DNA of 64,000 nucleotides from Takakia lepidozioides (GCA_030704615.1 CM060731.1:54064001-54128000); one strand, 5' to 3'. Counted from the first letter of the stretch, positions 10,947 through 23,349 are shown. Numbers and translations: made by a program. Notes: a model not told the origin generated them from the sequence alone.

Positions 10947-12790
10947 TTTTTTAAGAGGAGATGGAGGCCTCGAAATTGATTGGAAAAAATAACCACCGAT
11001 GAAGCCATGAAGGCTTACAGTAGGGACTCCTCCCCGTAACTTTGCAATCTAGCAAAAGGAGAAATAAGGAGAATTTAAAAGTTCAAGAATCAGAGGCCAA
11101 GATGAGAGGGAAGGCCTTGATAAAGCAGTAGATCGAGATTTTAGAGAAGACAGGCAAGGGCTGGGATAGAGGGAGTATATGGAAAAACATATGAAGACCG
11201 AGAACAGAACCAAATCTGTGAACTAGAACCTAGAACTTAAGCTGAGTCTCGAGCTTGGGGTCACAAGGCGCACGACGGTGACGCCAGTTACAGTCGTCTT
11301 CTTCCCCTTCACCAGGGGACTTCCCATTGCGTGGAGATGATGTCTTTCCAATGGAAGTGCAAGTCGAAAAGACGGGAGCCGAGCAAGCCGCCCTTGCCCT
11401 ACGATGAAGCTCCCTCCGCCGTTGGTCCGAAGCTATGGGAAGAGCTGCATACCAAGACATCCAAGCCTTTCTCCCCTCAGTCATCAGGTCCCATTAGATG
11501 TTTACATTAGAAAAAAAATGAGGCCAAAGAAAGGTTGTCCCAAGGTGACACCAACTCCTATAGCCGCTCAAGGCGGGCAGAAATATTTGAACGGTCCATA
11601 GCCGCCACGGTGGCAAAATGGTTCCACCGGTATTCCACGGTGGCAAAATTGGTGCCATGGGTGTTCTGCCACGAGTGTTCTAGTGCCTCTTCCCGCGGGG
11701 GTCTTCGCGCGCTTATTGCCGTCGGGTTTCTCCCACAGTCACAGCTACTCTTGGTTTAGCTCCCGCTCCTCTTCCGGCTCCCGCTCATCCCCGCTTAGAG
11801 CTTGCAGCATGTGAATGATGGCGCGAAAGCGAGGAAAACTTGACAATGATGGCGGGAAACCCAAAGCTTACATGAGCCAACGGTGTACTTTTTTTATCGC
11901 GCAAGTAGGAGGTCTCTTTAGTGTAACAACCAAGAACGGGCAGAATTCAAGAAAACAAAAGTCGCAGCCTTCTTAAGGGCCCATTAAACTTCTAATGAAA
12001 GAATGGATTTGTTGCTAGGGGGTTTCGGCTTTCCAAATGAACCACAAAGTGTGCGCTCTGAGACATTCCCACACCGGGCATTTAATTGAGTTCACCTATA
12101 TCTGATGGTTGAGCAGGAAGAACAAGGGGTCCGGTGAGGCAGGGAGCTGGGAGGTCCAGGTAGAATAAAACAGACATACTTTTAGTCCAGAATATACCAC
12201 GAGCTTCAGAACATTGGATTAAGCAACGTTTGATAGATTCCAAGTCGTTGGCACATAACAGGCACTCTGGGCTGTTCATATCTGTGGCGCATTTACCGGA
12301 AAATTCTTGTGGGCTATCCTCCAGAGAAAAGCAGAGATTTTAGCGAAGCGGTCTTTCCTCCATATCTATTTCCAGATGTGGTCCCAAGAGTGAATATCAA
12401 GTATGTCATCTCCCCATTTTCTCTGCCATTTTTCATGAAAAAACCTTGGTGGACATAACAAATTAGATTATCCTAGTGTGACAAAAAAAGGTGATCTGGG
12501 AGCGCCTATCCAAGCCCATTCATCTAGGTCAAACTGCAGACCTACGAAAGGATGTCCCAAGAACCAAAGGAAATTAGACTGTTTTGTCCATTGCAATTAT
12601 TGGCCTTGAGGCGATATGGGGTTTGTTGTCCCTTTTCCATCGATCAAATTGATATGGTAAAAGGAATTTACAATTTTGCTAGCCCATCCTTTGAGGCGTA
12701 GAAATCCCGAGCTTTCTTTAGAGAAGTCCATTCCAGAAACCAAAGTGCCATCTTGGGTCTTGCCTTATTGTAATCACAAATAGGATGTGA
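10947..12790 (-). mobile_element. Degenerate L1-type LINE 3' fragment (zf-RVT region)
   Basis: The minus strand reads SWDHIWK*IWRKDRFAKISAFLWRIAHKNFPVN...CLLCANDLESIKRCLIQC, a zf-RVT-like motif. It has a KAW motif shared with the 18.7-19.7 kb copy and an A-rich 3' end near 10947. Confidence 0.65.
11505..11923. mobile_element. Possible non-autonomous CACTA (En/Spm) element nested in the L1 fragment
   Basis: Ends CATTAGAAAA...CTCTTTAGTG, flanks tta/taa (a 3-bp TSD with one mismatch), and a subterminal repeat CCACGGTGGCAAAAT in two copies. Confidence 0.4.
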
Positions 12791-13030
12791 AATAATTAAC
12801 ACAATTTGAAAGTTTAAATGTTTGGTAAATTGGTTTGTGGTCAGTCTAATATGTTGCTTTTGTTCCATACAAGCTATGTTGCAAAGGTGCATTAATACAT
12901 ATATGATATAACTGAGGATTGTAATATGGCGGAGATTCGTAGAATGTAAGATGATGAAAGTGGTGGTTTATCATAAATGAGTAAAGTGATTCAGATTCAA
13001 TTTTGGGTTTGTGACCTAAGCATCATACAT

Positions 13031-13453
13031 TGTTGTCCAACCACACTCCCTAATACACAATCATAGGAAATTATACCACAATGATAATAAGATGAGAAAT
13101 GAGAAAAGTGGAAAGCAATGGAAATCAAGCAAGCCAAAGGCACGTTTGTCAAAGGAATACACACTACAAAGCCCTCAACACACTCCTTCTAATCAATATG
13201 TAGAGCTACGGAGGTGAGAGAGACTCATGAAGACTGAATTACAAGAAGTTAAAGCATCCTCAACCGTCACAAGGGAAAACCTACCTCCAAAGTGAGGGTT
13301 GACACCTCACTTGGCATCTAAAACTAAATGAGTCCAAACACACAAAATACCAATATAAATACCCAATATGTCCTAATTAACTAAAAGTAAATAATTCTAG
13401 TTGACCTTGACTAAAACCTAGACATCTTTATAATTCTGGCGGAAGCCTCAATA
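13031..13453. mobile_element. Possible solo LTR
   Basis: Starts TGTTG and ends CAATA (close to CAACA), about 420 bp, with LTR-like composition. No clean TSD. Confidence 0.25.
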
Positions 13454-13507
13454 CGACATCCATTCTAAAGCATATCTTGCAATCATCATATTCAGATTTA
13501 CTCTTAA

Positions 13508-14293
13508 CCCCTAAAGGCCGGCGCGACCCGAATCAGGTCGCAGCCGTTTTCATCCACGGATAACTGCCGTGGATGAACTTGGATGAAAAAAATTGCCGAA
13601 GGAAAAGTGAGCAGGGCGTGGAACTGCGCACGAGGGAATTCATTGCACCTCCATCGAACAAAATCTCAGGCCGCGCACACTTCTTCTAAGCCTTGGAATT
13701 CATGGCCAAGGCCTGTTGACCTGCCACGTGGTATGTAACTGTGTGTGCAACTTGTGCTTTTGGATTTTTCTAAAAACAAATTTCACATTCCTGTTCACCT
13801 TTGGGCACTGCAGGATTGCACTAGAGGAAAGTGCATTTGGTTACAACATGTGCAGGATCTATGCAACATTTTCTCTGTCACTGTTGTTTCACACCAAGTG
13901 CACCCCCCTAATTGCTCATACAAACCACCTAGTAGATTTTTTGGAATTTGGTCCTCCAATTTCAGGATGAGACCTATAACCCAGCAAAGAATATGTCTGA
14001 GGTGGTCCGGGACTGAGCAAAAAAAATTGTGATGGTAAATTTTGTTGGTCAAAATGATTATTTTTGTCCACATTTGCTTGGACTTGATAAATCCACCATG
14101 GTAATTTGTTATAATCTCCCTAAATTGACGGTCATTTCTTCTGAAATTTGGTCCACACCTACGTGGAGTAGGTAAGAACCAGTTTGTATGGTTCAACTCC
14201 CTAGATGAACTCCTGCTGGCAGATACGGGGTTATTCATGATAGTGGGTCCCATTTTGGGGGTGTTTTCCGATTTGGCTCCTGACGATTAGGGG
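13508..14293 (+). mobile_element. Non-autonomous piggyBac-like DNA transposon
   Basis: TTAA flanks both sides (13504-13507, 14294-14297), and the paralogous empty site at about 7971 (ctcTTAAtat) has a single TTAA. Termini are CCCCTAA...TTAGGGG (10/14 TIR match). A frameshifted Cys-rich remnant lies at about 13780-13905. Confidence 0.7.
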
Positions 14294-14730
14294 TTAATAT
14301 GATTGATGTGAGCATATAGTTGTTGGATAGATTCTCCATTGTCAAGTGCAAAGTATGCGCATAGGGAGAGAGTGATTCAAACAGTACACAATATCTGCAA
14401 GAGACAACAAAAAATAAATTTGTAGTGACGTTACACTGTATGTATCAATGAGTGAAAAGCTCCATCGTCAATTTTTTTTTTTATAGATTACCGGTTCCTA
14501 ACATATGAGACATTGGAGACAACTATGACAATCCAAAAACATGCTCAAATAAAATTCACTTTGGTCTCATGTTCACAAAAGTTTTGGTCTGCTAATCACC
14601 AACTACCAACACCTATTACTTTATAAATGATAACTTGGAGTGCACATAATTTTAACCGTTAGGTCGTTATTTACAATACAAGATTCCATTGTTTGTTTGC
14701 ATAGATTTTGACAAATAGCTGAAATGGAGC

Positions 14731-14738
14731 TATATAAG
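14731..14738 (+). promoter_or_regulatory. TATA box of the lectin gene
   Basis: TATATAAG about 107 bp upstream of the ATG, conserved as TATATAAA at about 8413 in the pseudogene copy. Confidence 0.55.
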
Positions 14739-14837
14739 CATAGTTGTTCAATTTTGTTTCATCACACATACGTCTCAACAGTTGCATTCAATCTCCATTT
14801 TACATAACAACCGTTGTTGCATTAATTGGTCGTATCC

Positions 14838-15323
14838 ATGGGTATGATCAAAGCTGCAAATTTGTCCTTGGTAGTGTTGGCAATTGGATGCTTCACATGT
14901 CTAGTTTTTGTCGGAGCTGATGAAGATGGAAACTGTTGCATACCCGCAGGGCAGGAACTAGATAATCTCAGCAAGCTCGTTAGCCCAAATGGGCAGTACA
15001 AGCTCACAATGGAACTTGCATGTGATGTTGTGTTGATTGACCTAAAGAGACCTGCAGGATTATTGTGGCACACTGGTACTAAGGGTAGAGGCCCCAACTA
15101 CATGAACTGCTACCTCACGCAACAAAACGATGGAAATCTGGTGGTCTACAATGGAGATGATAATGCTGTTTGGGCTGCAGATACAGTGAACGCTGGAGAT
15201 TGTAAAGGAAAATATATTCTGAAGTTACAAGATGACGGAAATTTGGTCATGTATTGCATCCCTCACACAAATCAAAATTGGAATGCTTTTCCTGTGTGGA
15301 GCACCGGTACCAATGGTCAATAG
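14838..15323 (+). CDS. Secreted GNA-related (bulb-type) mannose-binding lectin, single domain, intronless
   Basis: Hydrophobic signal peptide (LSLVVLAIGCFTCLVFVGA). Two intact QxDxNxVxY sites (QNDGNLVVY, QDDGNLVMY), a degenerate first site, and W-x-T/S repeats (LWHTGT, VWAADT, VWSTGT). Confidence 0.88.
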   Translation: MGMIKAANLSLVVLAIGCFTCLVFVGADEDGNCCIPAGQELDNLSKLVSPNGQYKLTMELACDVVLIDLKRPAGLLWHTGTKGRGPNYMNCYLTQQNDGNLVVYNGDDNAVWAADTVNAGDCKGKYILKLQDDGNLVMYCIPHTNQNWNAFPVWSTGTNGQ

Positions 15324-16378
15324 GCTCCATATAGATGGAGGTGCATTGATATCAAAATGATTCTTTTTCATACTTGAGAGTTTAAGAATTTTTAAGTATA
15401 TGAAAGGTCGGAATTGGTGAATTGACTAGAGTGCTTTTAGCACTTGTACCAGATTATCTAATTGTACTCGTTCCATGAATTGCTCGGCTAATCGCATGAA
15501 TATATATAGATGTATTCCATGATGTATGTTTACGGTTTGCATAAAACTTTGAACATGTGGATCGAGGAGTAGCGAAAGAATCTACGCTTTGATATGGTTG
15601 TTGCATTTGCATCACACTAGTGACGAAATGTGTGTGTCTGCATGGTTGTCTTTAACTACATTGATATGTTATGTTGTATGATATCTTACAGAAATCATTT
15701 CTTGTTTTACTGATCCCGATTTTTTCCGTAGTCCTTTATCTTACCACATGTCAGTTCTTGTGGAGGCAATTGCAAAGCAGTTGATCACTGTCGTTTCTTC
15801 ACATGGACATGCATGTTTTGTATTGCAATGCCATGCCATGATCTTCATAGATTGTACTGCTACAGTTTTAGAGAATAGTTGTTTAAATCGCAATGTTCCA
15901 CATCTTCTTCTAGATGAACCGTGTCTTCAAATTTTTCTTTATAAGCAATATTTCACAATGTATTTGCATCTTTTACTTTTTGCTCAATGTGTGACTTTAG
16001 GAACTCTCTACATAGTCTAGGTATAAGACATGAAGAAATGACAATCGTCATTCACTCATCACAATGCATATGTATTTCTATACTCTTCAACTTGGGGAGT
16101 ATATCTTACTCACATTCGACTTCATCTCATTCCACATGTCGACTTTTGCTGCTACCATGAAGTTGTTTTTGGGCCCTATTTGTCTCAATGCAATAGGCCT
16201 ACGCGGTTATATGTATGCTTCCTGTGGTTATAGACCTTTTATTGTCAAAGAACGTGAGCAAAAAATTGCTCACGATCTTATAGGCTCACAGAGTTGCTCA
16301 AGTTCTCGCATCGTGTGCTCTTGAAATGCAAATGTATGTTTTCTTAGCAACTGGCCTTCTTCTTACCATGCACATGAA

Positions 16379-16467
16379 GAGAGAGAGAGAGAACTCCGGC
16401 CGAGGCTGGCGTAACTAAGAGCCACTTCGCCTCACGGCTACTGCCCCCTTTCGGGGGTGGGCCCTAT
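16379..16467 (-). mobile_element. 89-bp retroposed 3' end with a (CT)7 tail
   Basis: Exact 11-bp TSD ATGCACATGAA (16368-16378 and 16468-16478) and a (GA)7 tract on the + strand. Confidence 0.8.
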
Positions 16468-18167
16468 ATGCACATGAAAATGTAGATGACCATGCGCTCT
16501 TGAAACCCACCCGCCTTCACTAGTAGCTAGCTATATGTTATCTACTTCAAACCCATGACAATAACCGTCGAGCCCCACAGCTTCCAAGTTTATGGACCTT
16601 CGGCCCATATTAAATTCTTGAGTTCCTGCCATCTTTTGATCCATTAAACACTAGCATCTTAATTTACTTCATTTATAAATTTTAAATGTTGATATTTTAA
16701 ATTTAAAGATGTCTAAAGCAAAATATCTCCTTCAAAACATGCTTAGTTTATATCAGTGAAGCTATCTCATTAATTTTGTTGATTACGTACAATTTATCTA
16801 AACTTGTTGCCTTCGTATTCAGAAATTAATGTAAATTGTCCCACAATCTACGGATTTACATCCATCCACAATTAATGTGGGATTTGTTGGAGATTCATCT
16901 ACTAAGTTGATCTCATAGTAACTACATTCATCAATAAATGGAACTCATAAAGAACAAAACAAACATGTGCCCCACTCGGACCCACTCAAGATCTAAGGTC
17001 TTACAGTCCTTCCATGGAACTGATTCCGTAGTCCCTCCTAAAGGCATGACCAATAAAATAATATATAGGTGGTCACAAATATGCTCACGTGAATGGATCA
17101 ACATATGCATTGAGATTCCGTGTTCATATATCTTCTATTGAATCATATGTTGGGGCTAACATTAGAGTTGTGAATTTAACATTAATACAAAAAAATCCAT
17201 TGATGTTACTTTACCGTTTGCACATATTATCAAGAAAGTTGGTTGTGATTCCAATGACCCCACGAGAAAGATAATATTGTATATTGAAGGGTCAAGCTTT
17301 GTGACTCTTGCAATGTCCATGTAATTAGCATTCACGTCTTTGAATAGTAGCTTTCAAGTTTCATAAATATCTCCTCTCACTATCAAGGGGCCTGATTTGT
17401 GAGCTCTCGCTCCAAGGTGTTTCCTTTAAAAAAAATTTGTTTTTTGTTTTTTGTTTTCAGTATATTAAAATCTTACATTTTTGGCATTTCTAGCAAGCTA
17501 CACTCTTCCAATGAGACCACAAGCAGGACCATTTTGTACCATTCTGTACACTTGCTAAGGTCATTGAATTGTATGTAGCATGCATGCAACCACAGTCTGA
17601 GGCCTAGTAGCATCTATGACTAAATTTGACAGGTGGCTAATTTATAGATTGGGCACAATCAGGTACTCCACTTTACACGTCTCAAGGAACACTAAAAAAT
17701 CGTACCAGAACATGTCATATTCATGACACATGTGGCACACATTGACATTGTTCAAAGTTGGGTGCACAACCATATCGGTTGTGAAACATTGCCTCACCAC
17801 TCGATGTATTGGCTTGCGGGAAGATTTAAAAAACAATATGTGAGCTTCTAAAGAAGAATTGGCACCACTTTGACAGGAGTGGGATGTCTACATTAATCTT
17901 TGCATATTGAACTTTTGTGCTTCAAAGCACCAAGGTTGCATTGTTGTATGGCAGGAAAAGCCCACTCATTTGAAGGTGCGGACGTGCGGACAAGTGAGCC
18001 AAATGACTGCAATGCTTATGTAGGTGATTTGACAGTCAAGAGGTAGAGAGTGTGCTACTGGAGCATGCGAGGCAAACTTACGTATTTTCCACTACTTCAA
18101 ACCAAGAATGAACCATCTTCACAATACATGAGCAGCTTTCCTTATTAAAGCTTTGACCTTGCCCAAG

Positions 18168-20160
18168 TAGGGGGTTAGTAGGACGTGAGCACAGCGGTGA
18201 GCAGAGCTCACGTTTTAAACTGCGGTCACAGGAGTTATATGTTTCCAAAACGGAATTAAACCATTGGCGGTTACAGAGACACAGTGCATTTATAGGGTTT
18301 CTATGCCTATTTCTGTCCCAAAACCCAAAACCCTAATGCGGAATAGGCACCCATAATGTATATCTACAGCCTCCAAGTTCCACATATCTACAGTTTGGGT
18401 GTCCTACAAAAGAATAACACATTAGGGGAAAACAAAGTCATAATAACCAACACCATCCAAACACACAAATACCAAACAATAGTTGAACAAATAATATAAT
18501 GAGGCAAACAATGGGTTTCGTTAACGAAAAAAAATCAAGGTATCGAGTTTCGCCAGCGAAACAACAATTTTGCCAATGAAAATATTGGATTTCGCCGGCG
18601 AAATTTCCAGGTATCGCTGCGTAGGTCATTATCCTATGGTTTTGTGGCGAAATAAAATGTGTTGTGTTTTCTTTTTTTTTTGATGAAAGGGGAGGAAGCC
18701 CTTGAAATTTTATTCGAATCCTTTGAGGGAAAAAAATTAAAACCCTGGGGTGCCCGGAGGCTGCCATAAGGCATGTCCTCGCGGTGGACCGCGCTGGATA
18801 ACTCTAGATCAATAATGAGAGACGATGACGAGACCATTGACCGAGGGACTTGCCCTTAAGATCGGAGGGCTATAGTGTACCGTAGCCTGGCTGTTGAAAC
18901 AGTTATGCTAGGTGGAGATCAGACTTTGCGCAGGGATGCAAGAACAAATACCCTAGGCCGGGGAGGGACCTAGCAAGTTAACACAAAGTGAAAGTGAGAG
19001 AAGAGCAGGCTCCATGAAAAGAGCCCATAGACATTTATCTATGAAAGTGTAGTTTTGTGGCCAAGGAAGATATGATGTGTTTCCAGTTGACCTCCAACCT
19101 CTCAAAGTTCCGAGGAAGCTGAATAGCTTGGCTCTCTGCCCACTCCAGCATTCGGGGATTCTGTCAAGCCACACATAGGAGAGCTCATGAGAGCATTCAC
19201 AAATGATCCCAAGCTTCCCCACGTTGATCGGAATGCATAGAGGAGGGCTGGCTGGCGCTGCGGCTTCCTGACGACCTCTGCACACAAAGCCGCCCAAGCC
19301 TTTTTAGCTGCCACTGTAAGATCAAAGAAAACTAGAATGAGCAGCGCAGTGGGAGAGGTATTCTCATTGTCCGGGATCCATGCACATCTGCTTTTCCATA
19401 AATTCCATAGAGTGGCTGTCCTAAGTGTCTCGAAGACAGGGCATTCCGAAACAATGGATTTTTCTCTTTAGTCATAGTTCAGGAGAATGGGCACTGGTTG
19501 CAAGGGCATGGGGCCCCAGGATTGGTAGAGCGAGCGCACCAGAGGCCATATGGTGTGAGGTGCTACACAATCAATAAGGCAATGTTCAAGGGATTCGATG
19601 ATCCCAATGTTGCAACATTGACAGAGCAAAGCCTCCCTGAAATTCAAGAACTGGCCCACTTTGAGCACCCTATTGGCCACTTGCCATAGGAATGCACTGA
19701 TCTTGGCTGATTTGGATTTGTGCCAAATAACAGACATATAGATTTCCAGTCTTCATTTGCAAAGTTTTGATGACCCCATCTGTCATTCCATTTCGCATAG
19801 AGGGGTTTTTCACCAAGAATTGTGTTTGGTTTTGCATATAAGAGACGACGTGAGATTGTTTTATTTCACTAACAAATTGCAAATTGTTATGTGCTTGTGC
19901 GTACAGAAAAATAAACGACGGAAATAGGGTGCCGATCCATATTCATGACTCATTTTGTGCCTATTTCTCCCATGTCTATTTCTCTTCGTGTGGTTTGTGC
20001 TCACATAAGCACAAGTCTGCTCACATAAGCACAAGTCTGCACGTGAGCACAAATTGCACATTTACTTTCACTATTGCATCTTCCCAAGAGTATTCTAGGA
20101 ATTTCTGGTACATCCTCTTTTGCTCTCGTGAGCCTGCTCACATGCTACCCAACCTCCCCA
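18168..20160. mobile_element. TIR element (hAT-like ends) with a nested L1 fragment
   Basis: Left end TAGGGGGTTAGTAGGACGTGAGCA; reverse complement of the right end GGGAGGTTGGGTAGCATGTGAGCA. GTGAGCA/TGCTCAC subterminal repeats. The interval is absent from the duplicate at about 5710. No clear TSD. Confidence 0.45.
18672..19740 (-). mobile_element. 5'-truncated L1-type LINE fragment
   Basis: ORF 19468-19737 reads AKISAFLWQVANRVL...CQCCNIGIIESLEHCLIDC (zf-RVT). AATAAA and a poly(A) tail lie at about 18672-18715 on the minus strand. Confidence 0.75.
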
Positions 20161-20805
20161 AGCATGAGTAGAAGAAATCACATGCATAGGTAGGCAGTAG
20201 CCACTGACCCTAAAATCCTTCTGCGCTGGTCCACAGCCCAAATGCTGCGGCCATTGTTAATGCTCTGGGGAGGGCCTCAATTGCAGAACGAGATCCACTG
20301 GTCTGGAGACCTCTCCCAATGCCAAGATTATCTTCTCTGAGTATTATCTTTCTTTCGCCCCCTGGAACATCTGTGCCAGTGGACAGCATTAGAGTTTGCT
20401 GCCTTGGGAGGCATTCAAAGAAGGTGCACAGGCTTCAAGGCAATAACACTTGGCCTCTTTAGGTTGAAAACTTTTTCATCCAAGACTTCCACCAAACAAT
20501 CTTATCATTCACTCAAATGAGGTGCCCTCCATGCAATTCTCTTTCAAGCTAAGAAATATCTCACAACAAATGTGATAGGCTGCGTACTCGAGAGACTGGC
20601 CTTTGGAGAGATCCTCACACATGTCTAGAATGACAGAGTATGACATGAGTTCCACAATCAAGCTTCCATTGTATTGACAAAATTGTGCCCAACTGCCATT
20701 CTTCTCAGCCTTTCTCCTTCCCTCTCACAGGCTAGACAACACCTCGAAAAATGAGCTGCTATTCAAAGCAACAACTAAAGTTTCCCTGCAGAGAAGGAAA
20801 GCCTC

Positions 20806-22494
20806 TCATGCACGTCCCACTCCCCACACTCTAATATTGCCATCGGTGTACCCACTGTAGAGTGTGCTTCCATCTGCACTCCAGTTTAAGCTGATGCAGT
20901 ATGGTATCTGCATGCCAGAAAATCATTGCCTGAGTCCCTTTCTCTAAGACTTTCCATAAGCAACTGCGTGGAAAATTCTCAGCACGGTAGAAATAACAAA
21001 ATCCATCAGTCGCGCCTCACATTACTGATTTGGCTCACTCTCCAGACTCACCAGGCACAATTGCATTAGATGTCATGCCAGCCATTGTAAGATCAGAACA
21101 GATGAGTCTCCCAATTCTCAATAACTGCTAGAGCAGTTTCAATGCCAGAGGAGAGGGATGAATGAGAGGTAAGCAAGCAGAGACCCCTCAACACGCCCAT
21201 GCTTAAATCCAAGAGATTTAGTGTGCTTGCTCAGATATATACTACTAACAAACAGCAAGTTGGCCGTCTCATAAGAGTAGTGCAGCTTATGCTGGGGATT
21301 GGATGAGTGCTACTGCGCCAGGTGCAAAACATTTTACCCGACACACATCGCAGAATCATGCCAAAACCCTTGGAAAAGATACCATATTTCCCCACATGCA
21401 GTTTAGTACACGATGAAAAGAGTTTCGAGCTATGAAGCTACCCCAGCCATCACTAGCGAGGATTAAATCGACAAAATGACACAGCACAACGACCGAGGCC
21501 GGCATCCAGAAATGCGTACTCAACCACGCCAAAATGATCTCACGATTTAACTTTCAGGATTGTAAGAGTTTCCCAGGTCTACAACCAAGGTGATAGACAA
21601 CTACAATGCAAAACACAAGCAGGACATGTTAAGGAGATGCCCTACCTGAGCCTTCTTACTGACGACCTGGAAGTCCGGGCGCAACTCATCCACAATACTC
21701 TTGCTCTCAAGGTCCCAGATTTTGATGCACGTTTGGGTGGCTGCACACAACCAGTATCTGTTGGGGCTGAAACAGAGAGCATGGATGATGTCACCAGCAT
21801 CCAAGGAGTACAACCGTTTTCCTTCTGCCAAATCCCACAACATTGCAACTCCGTCCTTGCCCCCACTGGCACACAGGGATCCATCAGGCGAGACAGTGAC
21901 GGTGTTGATGTAACCAGTGTGCCCAACAAGGCTGGTGCGAATCTTGCAGTTGGTCAAATTCCACACTTTCACCACCTTATCCCAGCCCCCAGACACAATA
22001 ATAGGGTTAGCTGTCACAGGCGAGAATCGCACACAGCTGACCCAACCCGTGTGTGCATCCGAGTCCTGGATGGTGTACTTGCACTCTCCCAGAGTGTTCC
22101 AAAGCTTGATGGTTTTGTCGCGGGAGCCAGAGACAATCTGACGGTTGTCTACAGAGAAAGCAACACTGAGGACATCCTTAGTGTGCCCCACGAAGCGCCT
22201 CGTCGTAGTCCCAGTGTTGAGATCCCACAAACGGAGGGTTCCATCCCAGGAGCCAGACAGTGCAAACTGACCATCGGAAGAGATCACCACATCCTGCACA
22301 AAATGCGCATGACCTGTGAGCCGGCGGCGCGCAGTACCGTAGTTTCCCTCCTCCCTAGTCAGGTGCCACACGATGATACTCTTGTCCCTGGACGCAGACA
22401 AAATTAGGTCAGGGTTGTCAAGGGGGCAGGCGATCGCTGTGACCCACCCTGCATGCCCCTTCAATGTTCCCCTCAAAACAAGTGTTTCCGCCAT
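20806..22494 (-). CDS. RACK1: Receptor for activated C kinase 1 (WD40, 40S ribosomal protein), 2 exons, 316 aa
   Basis: Exon 1 22494-21646 ([22 protein letters not shown]...[21 protein letters not shown]...KKAQ|gtagg). Exon 2 20907-20806 ([23 protein letters not shown]...). Confidence 0.96.
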
Positions 22495-23349
22495 CGCTTC
22501 TGCACCGTCTGGCCTGCACACGATGCGCACACGCAGAGCAGCGCAGCAGCCGCTAGAACAGAGCGAGCGAGCACCGAAAGAGGCAGCTATGGCCGACCCG
22601 CATCGTCTTCCTCCTGGCGGCTGCTTCCTGTTCCAACCCTGGGTTCATATCGAACCCCCAACTAACCCATGGTTAGGACTTACCATGCATTTGTGAATCA
22701 AAATACAGATTAAGGGGGGTATTCCGTCGATGGCATTATGTAATACCCAAGAATTGTTAGTTTGTCCCACTTGTGCCTTCGACGACCAGCCGATTTCAAT
22801 TTATTTCATTTATATTTACGTTTTCTTTTGTTTTTGTTTTTTAAAAGAAAAGAGGACCAAATTTTATAGAAAAGGTGGATATAAATATCCCAAGTGATAC
22901 AATTTGGAAAATAACAGGAGTGGCTACTGAGTTTTGCAGGAAATAGCCATATTTTCTGTTTATCCACTTAAATTTGGACAGAATCATCCTCCTCTGTACT
23001 TTTATACATGTATATCATCCATATTAGGCGAATCCATCCTCAGATTATTTATTTTTGGAGAATTTTGGAGATTTCATCCATGAGAAAATAGGACAGAATA
23101 TTCGTTTTGTTTTTTTGAGGTCGAAAAGTGCGAAATTTCGCCAGAAATAAAAACACGCTACTTACTGTACTACATAGAGGAAAAAATAACCTCATCAGTG
23201 AGTGCCAAAAAAGAAAAAGAAAAAAGAAAAAAGTTTACGTTAGGGTTACGTTTAGGGCTTGTGAGGTGCAGGGCAGGATTGTGAGAAGGGCGGGGCGGGG
23301 TGGAGAGCGATGGGAGTTTGAAAATTGTGTATTGCGAAGGATTGGGAAA
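22495..23349. promoter_or_regulatory. Divergent (bidirectional) promoter region between RACK1 and SUF4
   Basis: Head-to-head start codons about 855 bp apart, an AT-rich core, and a telo-box-like TTAGGGTT at 23240-23247. Confidence 0.5.

Noticed and set aside
20908-21645. Intronic C/D snoRNA in RACK1 (as in yeast and vertebrate orthologues)
   Set aside because: No RUGAUGA box C found on the sense strand of the intron.
21637-22407. 256-aa ORF on the + strand
   Set aside because: Antisense shadow of RACK1 exon 1, with no recognisable motif.
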